A DNA stretch of 62,724 nucleotides, the filler included, from Rhabdomonas costata (lineage: Eukaryota), in NCBI GenBank assembly GCA_019059605.1. It is 25 parts of 25 records of this genome, joined end to end, with 100 filler letters (N's around TTAATTAATTAA, not from the genome) between each part and the next. Parts side by side here need not be neighbours in the genome. Positions count along the whole stretch, not along the records: positions 35,208 to 37,618 come from JAHMHO010003549.1; positions 37,719 to 40,130 come from JAHMHO010003550.1; positions 40,231 to 42,641 come from JAHMHO010003551.1; positions 42,742 to 45,152 come from JAHMHO010003552.1; positions 45,253 to 47,663 come from JAHMHO010003553.1; positions 47,764 to 50,174 come from JAHMHO010003554.1; 19 more parts are not named here. One strand, 5' to 3'. A model generated the notes under the pieces. The model saw only the letters and a list, made by a program, of their open reading frames with translations, made no database searches and was not told the DNA's origin. The position numbers and the translations under genes are program-made. Below are positions 36,170 to 47,844 of the stretch, piece after piece (the stretch's first letter is position 1; each line of letters opens with the position of its first letter).

Positions 36170-37600
36170 TAGGCCACTTGATTAAAAATAATCAGGTTGT
36201 GCGAGCTCGGCAGGTCCAGCTCTTCGGTGACGGAGCGGTCGTTGCAGCACCACCAGCCTGATTACTTGCGGAGCCAAGTGACCGGGTCGGTGCTGCACCG
36301 TGGCGATCACGTTGATATCCATGCGGGCGAAGTTGGAGTCCTTGATGACGATACGTCGTTCTGGCTTGGTAGTGTGAATGCTGAAGATCGCGTAGCGGCC
36401 AAGAACCGTCCACTCAGTGGACCGGAGGACAGGTTGCCCATTGTTGTCGACCTTCCCACACGTCGAGCAGATCACGTAGTTCACCATGTCGGCCATGGTG
36501 TTGTCCTTCAGTAACTCGGAAAAGCTATCTTTTTCGTTGTCGTGAAGAAACACCTGATGTTAGGAGATTTCACACTGGAAGAAGCCCAACATTGATGGGG
36601 ACATCGCGGGCTCTATCTGGGGAAACCCAGGGGATAAGGCCCTTTGCCCAGGAGATGCACTGGAGCACTGCGTTGGTGGATCAGGTGATGTTGTCGTCAT
36701 TTGACAAGCCCACTGGCTTGGCGGTTTGACCCTTCGCTCCTGCAGGTATTTGCGTGAAGGAACTGGGGGAGTCGAGGTCGTAGATCTTACACATGGTCCT
36801 GTCCATGTCGTCAGCTGGAAGATGGTCTGGGGCTTCAATCGGCCAGTTGGGGTCTCCAGCACGTCGAAAGTTGACAACGTGGATGGCCGGGCTCCCCAGA
36901 ACAGTGATACCCTCCAGCTTGTGAAAGCGCCCCCAAGCCACCAAGTCAAACAGGTTGCCCTTCATAAACTTGGTCTTTTCCCTGAGCTTGCGGTTTACAG
37001 CTGCTGTGTCAGGAATCTGAGTCCCTGGGCGAGTCCACGGGTTGTAACAAAATCTGAGTGCAGAGCGTCCCTTGAAGGTGAATCCGTGGACCTCACCAGA
37101 CTTGGTCTTCATGCGCAAGGTAAGCTCTATCAGCTCTTGGATTGACTTAACTGAAAATTGGATGATATCATGATAGTCATTGATGGTGGCAAGAAGCGTT
37201 GTAGTTGAGGTTTTGTCAGCGAAGATCAACATAAAACATACCCTCGGCAGTGTGGACAGGACTCTCTATTTGGAACGAACTCGTAGACCCCTTCACACGA
37301 AGGATTGCCGCAAGCCTTGTAGACGCGCATTGCAGGAGCAAGTAGCCCGACAACCTCGAAGTCCAGCAGAAACCCGCTGACCACTCGTGGAGTATCTGTT
37401 AGAAGGCCAACCTTCTCAGCCTGCTTGTAGTGCGTAAACGGGCTGTAGGACCCGTTGGTAAACTGTTGCAGGGTCACAGACATGTCCGTGCCGATCTCGG
37501 CAACCTCGAGAAGGGGGTCCCAGACAAGGTCCCACTTGAAATAAACTTCAGAACCAGCCCTAAAATGACATGCCAACTGAAAAAACAGTTTAACACAAAC
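36170..37600 (-). pseudogene. Decayed intronless ORF: RPA1-like OB/Zn-ribbon plus USP (peptidase C19) domain, probably transposon-borne
   Basis: YKACGNPSC...SCPHC / PRVCFMLIFADKT (RPA70 DBD-C-like); GLSNDDNIT*STNAVLQCI (USP Cys box); CSTC finger; VIATVQHRPGH and WWCCNDRSVTE (His box). Several frameshifts and stops. Confidence 0.7.
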
Positions 37601-37763
37601 AACCAAACACACCAACACNNNNNNNNNNNNNNNNNNNNNNNNNNNNNNNNNNNNNNNNNNNNTTAATTAATTAANNNNNNNNNNNNNNNNNNNNNNNNNN
37701 NNNNNNNNNNNNNNNNNNGGGTGGGGGTGGAGTAGTCGACAAAGATTTGGGTTGAGGTAGGCA

Positions 37764-37868
37764 ATGAGATGAGATGAGATGAGATGAGATGAGATGAGAT
37801 GAGATGAGATGAGATGAGATGAGATGAGATGAGATGAGATGAGATGAGATGAGATGAGATGAGATGAG
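37764..37868. repeat. (ATGAG)n pentanucleotide microsatellite, 21 units
   Basis: Perfect tandem run. Confidence 0.97.
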
Positions 37869-38002
37869 TCAGTTTTGGGATCCATTAAGAAATCCACGAA
37901 AGATGCCGCATAGTCGAAAGAAGCGCTTCTCACCGCGAATGCTGAACCACTGCTCTTTCGAACGCTCGAGGGATGGCGGGTAAAGGGAGAGATGAGCGGG
38001 AC

Positions 38003-39276
38003 CTTTGGGCTATCCAGAGGGGTGCCCAGGGGGAGCCTGCCGTGGGTGGCCCAGGCCAGAAGCAGCCCAGAGAGGCGGTCACGGCGCAGTGGGGGCAGCA
38101 GGGAGACCTGGGCGAACCTCAGAAAGTCCATCGTGGCGATGCACTTGCGCCCACTAGGGCTGGGCGTCGCGAAGGCCTGGAAGGTCTTAATGAATCCCTA
38201 CAACAGGTCAACAACCCACAACCACACCCAACCCCTCAAAAACAACGCTACATCCACACCTACACAAGTACAATGCCGCGCAGCGTTCCTCTGCTTCGCT
38301 CTTTGCTCTGCTTGCTGGACCAGAAGGAGGTCAGAAGGACGCAAGAGGCAAGCTGCTGAAAGAAGTTGGAAGGAAGGAAGGCAATATGGCATACGTTCGA
38401 ATTCTAATGCAGTTGCCATATATGTGTGTGGTTGTGTGAGGACAGAAGGACAATGTTTTGAACAGGATAGGGGTTTAACTCCAGTGGGTAGGTTACCAAT
38501 TTACCAATTACCAAAGAGATGCCAACATTGCCCAGATTACATCGTTAACGGTTAACGGAATCTGATTCCATGGGATGACATGTCTCATCGATCACGTTCA
38601 GCGCTCAGACTACAGTCGACGCCGCAAACTAAAGTTCGAATCAGAACTGATTTCTTAGGTGAATAATATCTGGCTCTCCCTCCTGGCACATCATATGGTA
38701 ATCTTCTTTTTGGGTAAGGAATGCGGAAATGAGTGGAGGCGTGGGAGGTCGAGTCCCGCAGGATCCAGATCCCTCATGATGATATTCTCTCAAAAAGTAG
38801 GTCCCCGCTTTTGATTCATCGGCTGACATGCAAAGCGGAGCCAGCGGCTCACAGCCTGGTAGCCTCCACAAGACACCGAGATGCAGTCGGTCCGTCCTGT
38901 GGGCGTCTTGCCTTCGTTACCTGTATCCAGGAGTGAGAATGGTGAAGGACACACTGAGGGCAGAGGGTGGCACTCCAGCCCAATCTTTCACCTTCAATCT
39001 TCACTCAGATGAAAGTGGTCAAAAGTGGTTCTGCTGCTTCATGCGGCGAATGGGCGGTGGGGGTCGATCGAAACCCTGCAGCTGTCACAGACCTGGGCAG
39101 AGCGGACCACGTCCAGGAGGTAGAAGTCCACCACGGAGAGGGACCAGCAGTGCACCTCCGTCCGCGCCCGCGCCGTGGAGTGGTGCGGGCGGTTGAACAG
39201 CAGGGGCTGCGCCCCGCACACGTGGCCCGGCCGCAGCGTGTGCACCACCCCTCCGCTGCGAACCAGCTCCACCTCC
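38003..39276 (-). CDS. Cyclic-nucleotide-binding domain protein followed by an aralar/MICU-like segment (partial)
   Basis: Exon 39276-39093 reads EVELVRSGGVVHTLRPGHVCGAQPLLFNRPHHSTARARTEVHCWSLSVVDF. Exon 38953-38921 reads CVLHHSHSWIQ. Exon 38176-38003 reads AFATPSPSGRKCIATMDFLRF... Phase-0 GT-AG joins. Confidence 0.75.
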
Positions 39277-39995
39277 CTTTGCGGGTTTTTTTTGGGGGGG
39301 GGGAGCACTCACCGCATCCACCTTCTTTGTTCCACCACTCTCACACATCACATAAATTCGTGTGTTTTTGTCCAATTGGTTCGTAAAATCTCGCAAGGTT
39401 CGTAAAATTGGAACCCTCTACGTTTTCAGATACCTATAACAGAAAAAAAATACTCGGGAAAATTCGTGGAGTGAGTCAGTGGGAACCCTGCATTCGTAGA
39501 CACTGGTAAATCAGCAGCGAACTGGAAAGCGTGTTTTTGGAGGTGTTGGAGGAGGGGAAGGCATTCACCCCTTGCAGCCTCCAGAATCTCATACTCACCC
39601 ATTCCCCCAAAAAAATCCCAGGATTCTCTTGAATCTTTCGCCCTCGAATCGGAATCCGGTCGCTCGTCAAACGTTTAAATTTTAACACCACAAGCCTCTT
39701 CATTAAGGAAGAATCCGCCAAGGGGGACGGGTGGGTGCCGCCCTGAGGTGCAAGGACCGACCCCGCAGCGTTTCAGGAGGCCCATTGTATATATGCAAAA
39801 GACACCGGGCCTGCTTCGGCTTCACCCTCTAAAAATACACACTATCATTCACCATGAATCCCAAGTGGCATTTATGCCCTAAAAATGGTTCGCAAAAGTG
39901 AGAAAAGTTTTTCGGAGTTTCCATGAGATCGAAAACCAAAATAAAAAACTCGAGTACGACTCATTGGGATCCCTACATTCACCCACTCAGATATA

Positions 39996-40130
39996 TGGCC
40001 CGTGTCACCTCAAAAGTAAGAGGTGACCGTAGAAAGTTAAAATCAGCTTGAAAGAATAAGCACAACCGAGATGCACTGGAGACCAGTTTTTTCACCACCC
40101 GTTTTAGCTTCTAAGTCCGAAAACGCCTGA
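39996..40130. mobile_element. MITE, second copy (truncated by contig end)
   Basis: TA|TGGCCCGTGTCACCTCAAAAGTAAGAG...TTGAAAGAATAAGCACAACC...TTTTCACCACCCGTTTTAGCTTCTA is colinear with 10751-10885. Confidence 0.85.
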
Positions 40131-41009
40131 NNNNNNNNNNNNNNNNNNNNNNNNNNNNNNNNNNNNNNNNNNNNTTAATTAATTAANNNNNNNNNNNNNN
40201 NNNNNNNNNNNNNNNNNNNNNNNNNNNNNNGAAGAGATGGCCAGGGAGACGCAGCTTCAACCTGCTGGTTGACATACTGAAGCGATCCCATTCCAGTAGT
40301 GGGGAATTCAGAACAGCGCAGGGAATCACAGCGACCACTGCTCACCACGTCAGCGAAGCGAGCACATCAAAAATATAAAACAGCAAAAAAGGATGAGTCA
40401 CTGAATTTGGAACGGGGCAAAATTAAACCAAAAAGCTAGTGGACCGTAACCTCACACGATGTTTCCAGTGCTATGCTTGTGTTGTACAAAGAAAACGCTG
40501 AAACGGAGCAGTGCACATAGCACAATCAAACCAATGCCAACTTGCCTGGGTGGTTAATGAGCCGTAGCAGAAGCAAAGCTTAACAATCCCCCTCATGCAC
40601 TGCTTGTCCAATTCTGTTCACTTCTGCATAAAACTGTGGCATGCAAAATAAGGCACCTTGCACACGCTCCCTTCCCCTCAGACGGTCAACGGCAGAAAAA
40701 TCTCTGCGATCATTTTCATATTTACCGGGTTTTTCCTCATTTTTGGCCTTTATTGAGATGGTGACTTTTCCGCGCAGTCCGTGGCCCGGATGCTACAGTG
40801 GACGGCTACGCACCCCTCCCCCCATATTACGATAATGTTGGTGCTGAAAGAGGTCGGTCATGGCCCAACATTGTCTTTTTATGGCAGTTAAGTGGGTCAA
40901 AGTATTTTTGCATAAATACTGGTGATCAGAGGTTTTGACACATCTTGGTGTTCCAAGAAAAGACACGCTGGAACCTGGAACAACCACCCGCGCACAGGCA
41001 GCAGCCTAC

Positions 41010-42172
41010 CAGCCTGAAGCAGCATCTCCGCGGCGGCGCAGATCCCGTCAAATGCCACAAACCAAAGCGCGGAGGAGCCTTCGTTGTCCAAGTCTTGGTT
41101 CACATTGACACCTGAGAAAGCACCGAAAAAGGCGAACCCACGGTGGGTGCCAATCGGCACTTAACACGAAAATATGAAACCACTTCTCAAGAGAAGAACT
41201 GAGAAAACCTGTTCAACTGCACGCTGTTCACGCCAAAATCAAAGCTAAACTTTTCCAGCGTCGCCTCCGATGCGACGCTGCAGCAGAAAGACAATGCTCA
41301 CCAAGTAAATGCATTGTGAGCAAGAATCCGAAACCGTCAGCAAGTTCTGGGTTTTGGGGCCAACAACTTTGAGAAACCTTTGCAAAAAGAGGCAAAGGCG
41401 CACTATTATCAATACCCCCAAATCTTCAACTCCCACTAATGGCCTTCATGTCAGGTGGGTTATCTCTCTATGTAGATTCTGCAATACACTGCACCCGTAA
41501 TTTCACTGGACAAGGGAACTAGGGAAGACTGTATAGTACTGGTTTAGATCCTCAAAATCGCCGAGCTGGCAAGAAAAACAAGAATCAGACATTGAGCGCG
41601 AGAAGGACCGAAATACGCGGGCTCTATTGCAGAATACAAAAAAATACTCCCCTCGTGTACAATGGTCCTGTACTAAAACTTTTAGACTCCTGCTTCAGAC
41701 CCCCTACCCCTTTACAAATCATTTCGAATCTTTTTTATGCAAGTGAGCTCCTTGTTACATTATTTTTACACAAAAATTTAGATTTAAATTTCAAAATTGT
41801 AAAATTGTCAAAAAAAAAAGTGAAATGAGCACCCAGCAAGGTGTGGAGAAGACTGGTGCAAATCATCCCTTCCTGCGATGTCCCCAGAGACTTTCCCTCT
41901 CTGCTCTCCTGGCCGGACCTAAGCGGATAAGTCTCTGCAGTTCAGCCAGCACCCCATCGTAGGCCGCACGAAACAGCTCGTCGTGCCACTGATCCTACGA
42001 AGGCGAGAGGAAAATCGGACAAGCACAATGCACACAGATATAGCAGCCAGATAACGGCAACGGTTGTGATAGCTGGGGAGAAAGACATCAACACTGCAAA
42101 CCCGCAAGGCAAAAAGCGCGGCACCTTTCGCTGGCGGTCGGAAGCCTCCTTAGGGAGCTCACTACACTGACG
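41010..42172 (-). CDS. Ankyrin-repeat protein (partial, 3 exons)
   Basis: Exons 42172-42125, 41994-41919 and 41111-41010: DELFRAAYDGVLAELQRLIRLG|VNVNQDLDNEGSSALWFVAFDGICAAAEMLLQAG. Confidence 0.8.
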
Positions 42173-43060
42173 CTGCAAAAGAGACCCGGATACAAATGCA
42201 GAACGCTCGTTAAATGGCGCGACATACAGAAAATGCCTCATTACTGTGGACTCGCGGTCTTCGGACAGTGACAGTCTTCGGACGGTGAAACAGCGACCGG
42301 AAAGGAGGGGGCTGTCCAAAGAAGGGAGAGGGAACCGTAAAATCTCAGAATAATCATTAACTCAAAAATAACCCACAGGACATCCCCTTTCATTTCAATT
42401 AGCTTACGCGTGACAGGAGTGGAACATTCGACGCCACCCCCCTCCCCCGGATTACGCAGACCCGTTCGAAGCGATCGCTATGTATGTTTCATGATGCGAA
42501 AAAACGGGCATTGTGATTCCAGGGGGGTTCATCGCCTCCAACCCTCTGGCGATCGTTACGCAACAAGTGAGTAACGTCGGTACGCAAAAGTTTACAGCGA
42601 GGGAATGTCTGATGTACTATAGCCAACCAACAACAAACACANNNNNNNNNNNNNNNNNNNNNNNNNNNNNNNNNNNNNNNNNNNNTTAATTAATTAANNN
42701 NNNNNNNNNNNNNNNNNNNNNNNNNNNNNNNNNNNNNNNNNTGTTGGTGTGTTTGGGGGTTTGGTGATGAGTGGGGAGTGCTTTCCTCATCAGTAAACAG
42801 AGTGGGTGTGTGTGTGTGCGCGCGCGCGTGCGCGTGGGTGTCGTTGGTAGCCAAAAGGGATGAAAGATGGGGTGCAAAAGCATATCAGGAATTCACGTCT
42901 CTGTATCACAAGCGACACGCAGCACGATGCTCCGGATGCCAGTGCTGAGCTCGCAATCACAACTTCGACAAAGCGGTAACCTGAAGATATGCATCCGGAT
43001 CCAAAGGGAGAGATGTGCAACTGGAGATGAGGTGGTTTGGGATGGGACACGGGGAATCAC

Positions 43061-44865
43061 CCTGCATCGGCAGGCTGGCAACGGTGCATCGCAGGGCATC
43101 CTGATTGCCCGAGGAGACGGGCAAAACAAACCCAAAGGGCTTCCCACTGAACGCGCCCAAAGTGACGTTGAGGGCCACCGGAGGGTCCCTCCGCCGCACA
43201 ACAAATCGCCCCTGCGCGACAAACCGCCAGAGGGTGGCAGAGACATGCCCTTCACAGGACAGTGCCTATTTCGATAAGGCCTGCCCAACAATAACCGACG
43301 TGATGTCAACTCAAAACAGAACGACGTTACTTACAAATACAAACCACACCTCTCTCCACCATACTCACAACAGACAGAAGCCACCTCCACCACACTCCAC
43401 CAGCGCACGAGGGCGACCTGAGCAACCGTTCCGTTGATGTCCACTCCACGATATGCAATCTCTCCACTGATGAACGCGGAATCGTTGCAGTAGAACACAA
43501 GCGTCGAGTCCGCCACAACAGTGTCCAGGAAGGCCACAGACGAACCATTCCAAACACTAAGCTCCCCACAGCTGGGAAGCGAGACCAGCATGAACTCAAA
43601 CGAGATCGGGATCCGCACTCGGCTCATGGGGATGTAACTGATCACAACGTAGGGGTTGTCCGTGTGGGGGATCGGCGCGGCCACCGCGCTGTGCGCCGCT
43701 CGGTCACTAGCCCCGCAGGCCACGTTGTTGATGTTGGCGATGTCCGCGAGGTTGAGGGTCAGGCCCTGGGCAGAGACCGCGGTGAGGCCATCCGCAGGGT
43801 CTGTTTCGTCGTCGAAATGCCACTGGGCAATCAGTCCTGTAGCATTCTCAGGAACCCTGAGCAAGAAAGAGGAGCAGCCGGATCGAGCTCACAGTGGAGA
43901 AGAAGAAGTACGGCCCCGGATGTATAATTTTTGTTCTTCGGTCCAGCCAAAAGGTATCGAATGGTGCGGTACTGCAAAGCTAAGGTAAAACGCGCGAAGC
44001 CTTCTTTGCGCCATCCATACCTTTACAACATTGCACAACGACAGCTCGTACGGCACTGGACCTGATGCTCATCTGGCCAACCAGCTGGTCGTCGGGAACA
44101 GCAATCGACCATATCCGGAGCTCATCCAAATATCTATAAAAATGGAATAAGAATGGGAGAAACCGCGATGAATAGCAAAACAGAACACGTCCTATGCTCG
44201 ACAACCACATCCATGCAATCCGCGCACGAGCGAGCGGGAACCACGGTGAGCAGGAACTGCTCAGTGCGGAGGCATCCATACCCACCTAATGACAGGGTTT
44301 GCGGAGGCTGCTGTCATGAGCTGTGAGCTGCGCTGTACTCAGCAAGGACAAACAATCCTGCGGTATGAAATAAGACAGAAATGGGGAAATCCAGACCCCT
44401 GCGGATTGCAGGAAACACGCCCGCAGAAGAGCGCTCAGAGCACGGGGAACGAAAAAATGCAGTTCAGGAGAATCACGCACTAGTGGCAGGGGCCAGTGGT
44501 TGCCCGTATTCAAACCCTCCACGTCCAGATAGAACAAGCTCCCCCAAGAACCCATAAATGTCAAGAACCCACACACGCCCAAAGCAAAGAATGCTGTAAA
44601 GAAGGGCGAAAAAGAAACCCGCGGAAGCTGATCGAGTCATCCACGGCGACCGAGTTGTCGTCAAACCCAGAGAGGTACTTCCCCACCACCAGCGCCACCG
44701 GGGTGCTCGGCATCGGGATGTTCTCTGAGGCATGCACCTGCACCACCCCGTCTACCTCGAAGTGCACCTCCGTGGGGTACACCGCGAGGCCAATGTGGTG
44801 CCACCCAGGCACCAGTGTGATATAGGAGGAGTTGTAGTTGTCGCCGAAGCCCCAGCCAGCGCTTT
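43061..44865 (-). CDS. LamG/concanavalin-like domain plus cadherin-like (Big_9-type) repeats, extracellular protein (partial)
   Basis: Exons 44865-44619 (GWHHIGL..FEVDG..LVVG..FRG), 44133-44062 (YLDELRIWS), 43856-43418 (GLIAQWHFDD...SLPSCG) and 43211-43061 (PPVA...DALRCTVASLPMQG). Confidence 0.8.
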
Positions 44866-45440
44866 CTGCATAGCACAGCAGATACCCAGTTGGAAATCAG
44901 CGATAGGTGACAGAGAATCGGTTCTCGAACAAAAGACCAACTTGACCAGACGGTCGGACGAGTAACCGTCCCGTTTCAGGGCGCAAAGTGCCAAAAGTTG
45001 CGCACAAAAAGTCGCAACGAGGAAAACGCAAGCGGGGCTCACGCCACCGAACAGCCCGCAATGGCGGCAATGGGGCAACCGTAACTGGGCCAGGTGTGGG
45101 AAGAGGGGGGGGGGGTCGGTTGAAGAGTAGATCGAACGAAAGCACCAACCATNNNNNNNNNNNNNNNNNNNNNNNNNNNNNNNNNNNNNNNNNNNNTTAA
45201 TTAATTAANNNNNNNNNNNNNNNNNNNNNNNNNNNNNNNNNNNNNNNNNNNNTTGTTTTTCTTAAAATATACTTTATTATCGAATCATCTCCATTATAAG
45301 CGGATGACCGTTTTTTTTCTGATTGACTCGCTCCAATTCAACCACAAAAAAAACGGTCATCCGCTTATAATGGAGATGATTCGATAATAAAGTATATTTT
45401 AAGAAAAACTACCAAACCGTCTTTTTTGCTGATTTTTTTT

Positions 45441-45518
45441 ACTGAGTGGTCTTTTACATTTACAGTCTCAGTAGAGACTGAGTGTACTCCCTGGTTTCGA
45501 ATCCCAACTTCGCTCATT
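45441..45518 (+). repeat. tRNA-like/SINE-like repeat, copy 2
   Basis: GAGTGGTC (A-box-like), CAGTCTC-AGTA-GAGACTG stem, GGTTTCGAATCCC (B-box-like). Shares its core with 23534-23581. Confidence 0.45.
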
Positions 45519-45719
45519 GTTGACTAAGCGTAAGGAATGTTCTCCTACAGTAGCAATTTCGTACATACAGTGGGTCCAAATGAGAAAGCTTATTTGGGTA
45601 ATTACGTTAAACAGTGGTTATGGTTAATAGTTCCAAAAGTAGCAAGTTTACTTCTAAGTCCTTTGTTTTGATTTGGAAGCGCTGTGTCCTTTGTTTTTGA
45701 GGTTCGTTTTTTTTGGCTT

Positions 45720-45903
45720 CCAAGGAGACTTCCGCGGGCACCACCACCGGCTACAGCGATGCTGCAGCCCCGTGGAGCCCCCGCCCGGGAGAATGAGCTT
45801 GTGCCGACGCAGGCGCCGCAGCAGCCCCGGTATGAGGGGCCTCCGTTTAGCGGTCTAGTTCTTCCTTTGGAGGGCTCCTGATTATTTACTATTGGTTCAC
45901 TTA
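45720..45903 (+). repeat. Dispersed repeat, copy 2 (homologous to 4216-4362)
   Basis: CAAGGAG..CCGCGGGCAC...GCAGCAGCCCCGGTATGAGGGGCCTCCGTTTAGCGGTCTAGTTCTTCCTTTGGAGGGCTCCTGA..ATTGGTTCACT. Confidence 0.85.
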
Positions 45904-46142
45904 GAACTGTGAGGGCATGTCCGAAGAAGGCAGCCTTCTTCTGTTTGTTGTATGAGAAATGTAAACATCTCTTTTCTTGACTAAGGCTTGCCACCGTCCC
46001 AGCTTTCCAGCGCCTGCGTTGGTGTGGGTAGCTATTTTTGTTGTTGTTTTCTGTTTTTGGATATATTTTTTCGTGGTTGTCCCTGGCAAGATAATCTGAT
46101 TTGTGTGTGCGCGGGGAGAGAGTGCTGCGGTCAGTGCCATAC

Positions 46143-47289
46143 GGCGCAGCTCGGCGGCCTCTTCCCGCTGCAGCCTGAGCAGCCTCTCCAGGTGGGCAGC
46201 TTTGGCCGAGGCCTCGCCAAGCTCTTCGAGGTGGAGCTCCAGCCCGCGGCACTGCCACCCCACCCCAACCAACGCAACACACCTATTCTTCACACACCCA
46301 TTCTTCCCGCAAACTTATCTAAAGTTTAGCGCCATCCCCTCCAAGAGGCGTAAATATAGGCCGATGAGTCCTTAATCCACATCGCAACGATTGCAACACG
46401 TTGGGGTTGCGGCCGATGATGACTTTTTTTTTTGCGGTATTCATGGTTGCATGTGGAAATCCGAATCACCGCCTTCTAACCCAATGCAGACTGGCACACG
46501 GATGCACGACACCGCCCACCACTGTTACACGACCCAACAAGGCAGGCAGGCAGGCAGGCAGAAAGCGCCAGTATGCCCTCCTCGAATTGTCTGGCGGGTT
46601 GGTGTCCCCCTCGGGACCTACGACCGATGGTATACGCGGTATACGCACACAAGCACATATACACACCTTGACAGCCAGAGCTTTCCGCTGCGCCTCAGAG
46701 TCCTCCAAGGAGCGCCGTAGTGTCTCCAGCTCGCGCCGCAAACCCACCCCCTCCGACTGCAGACAGATTCACGCCAGTAAATATGCATCCTTGCACCTCG
46801 AAGGAAAGAGCTCCGCGTTTAGCACTGGCTGTCCCAGCCATATGAAAGGGGAAAACTTAAGAGTTCACGAGGCTATGGGTGCGTTGTCAGGGGATCCATG
46901 TGGCCGAACTGCAGTATACACCGCTGCAATGCGTCCCATGCAGCACGGGGTTTTCATTCAGAAGGTTTCTAACTTCGTACTAGTCCACAAGGAGCTGGCA
47001 CCCGGTGACACTTTTTCACAAAAACACATCGCAGATACCTGTGCCTTCGAATGATTTCCACTCTCATTGGTATTGTCGTCTAAACCTGTTAAATCTCGTC
47101 CTATGCCAGAGTGTTTCTCCTGAGCTTGGGGGTTGAGGTTCGGTTGGGGGCTTCAGCGGATTGTGTGTGGCACACCCGTCGGAGCTCCGAGTGAGCCGCA
47201 ACGAGGGCATCCAACTCCCGGGACACTTCCCCACGGCCTCGCTCCCGACCCGCGGAGACCTGGCTGTCCAGCAGAGACAGCTCGTGCAC
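46143..47289 (-). CDS. Coiled-coil protein (partial, 3 exons)
   Basis: Exons 47289-47176, 46756-46667 and 46251-46143. E/R/L-rich heptads (LRRELETLRRSLEDSEAQRKAL; LERLLRLQREEAAELR). Confidence 0.7.
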
Positions 47290-47844
47290 CTGTGTGAGGA
47301 GATCGGGGAGGGAATGTAGGATGTAAAATGGGACCATCTGCACTTCATGCAAACGCAAAAGCTCTACTAAAACACAAACGTTGAAAATGTAACCCTGTCA
47401 CTGCCATCGATTTGTAGGCACGATATCAGCGGTGGCTCGGGCAGATGTGTCGGTTCTGTGGTGGTCTTTGCCTTCTGCGCTGTGCGGCGTGTGTGCCCCG
47501 GCGTCTGCTCCATCGCTAGTACCGCATGTATGTTCCCTAAGACTCACGGGGGCGCCCACCGGTATCCTCTGCGTCGAAGCTAACCACACCTGTGCCGGGT
47601 CCGTCCGTTCACACCTAACAAAGCTTCTTCAAAACTCAGCAAACCACTTCGCCACACAACACCNNNNNNNNNNNNNNNNNNNNNNNNNNNNNNNNNNNNN
47701 NNNNNNNTTAATTAATTAANNNNNNNNNNNNNNNNNNNNNNNNNNNNNNNNNNNNNNNNNNNNCAACCAACTTCACAGACCTCCCAAACCGAAAATAACC
47801 CCCAAATGTCCTCTTTTCCTCTTTCGCTTCCTCCCTCATAGTAC

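Noticed and set aside
37667-38131. ORF with SSHLI repeats
   Set aside because: Translation of the ATCTC microsatellite in an intron beyond the donor at 38002.
45255-45409. 64-bp perfect hairpin as miRNA precursor or hairpin telomere
   Set aside because: It sits at a contig start with a G/T tail like the other terminal fold-backs; most likely an amplification artefact.
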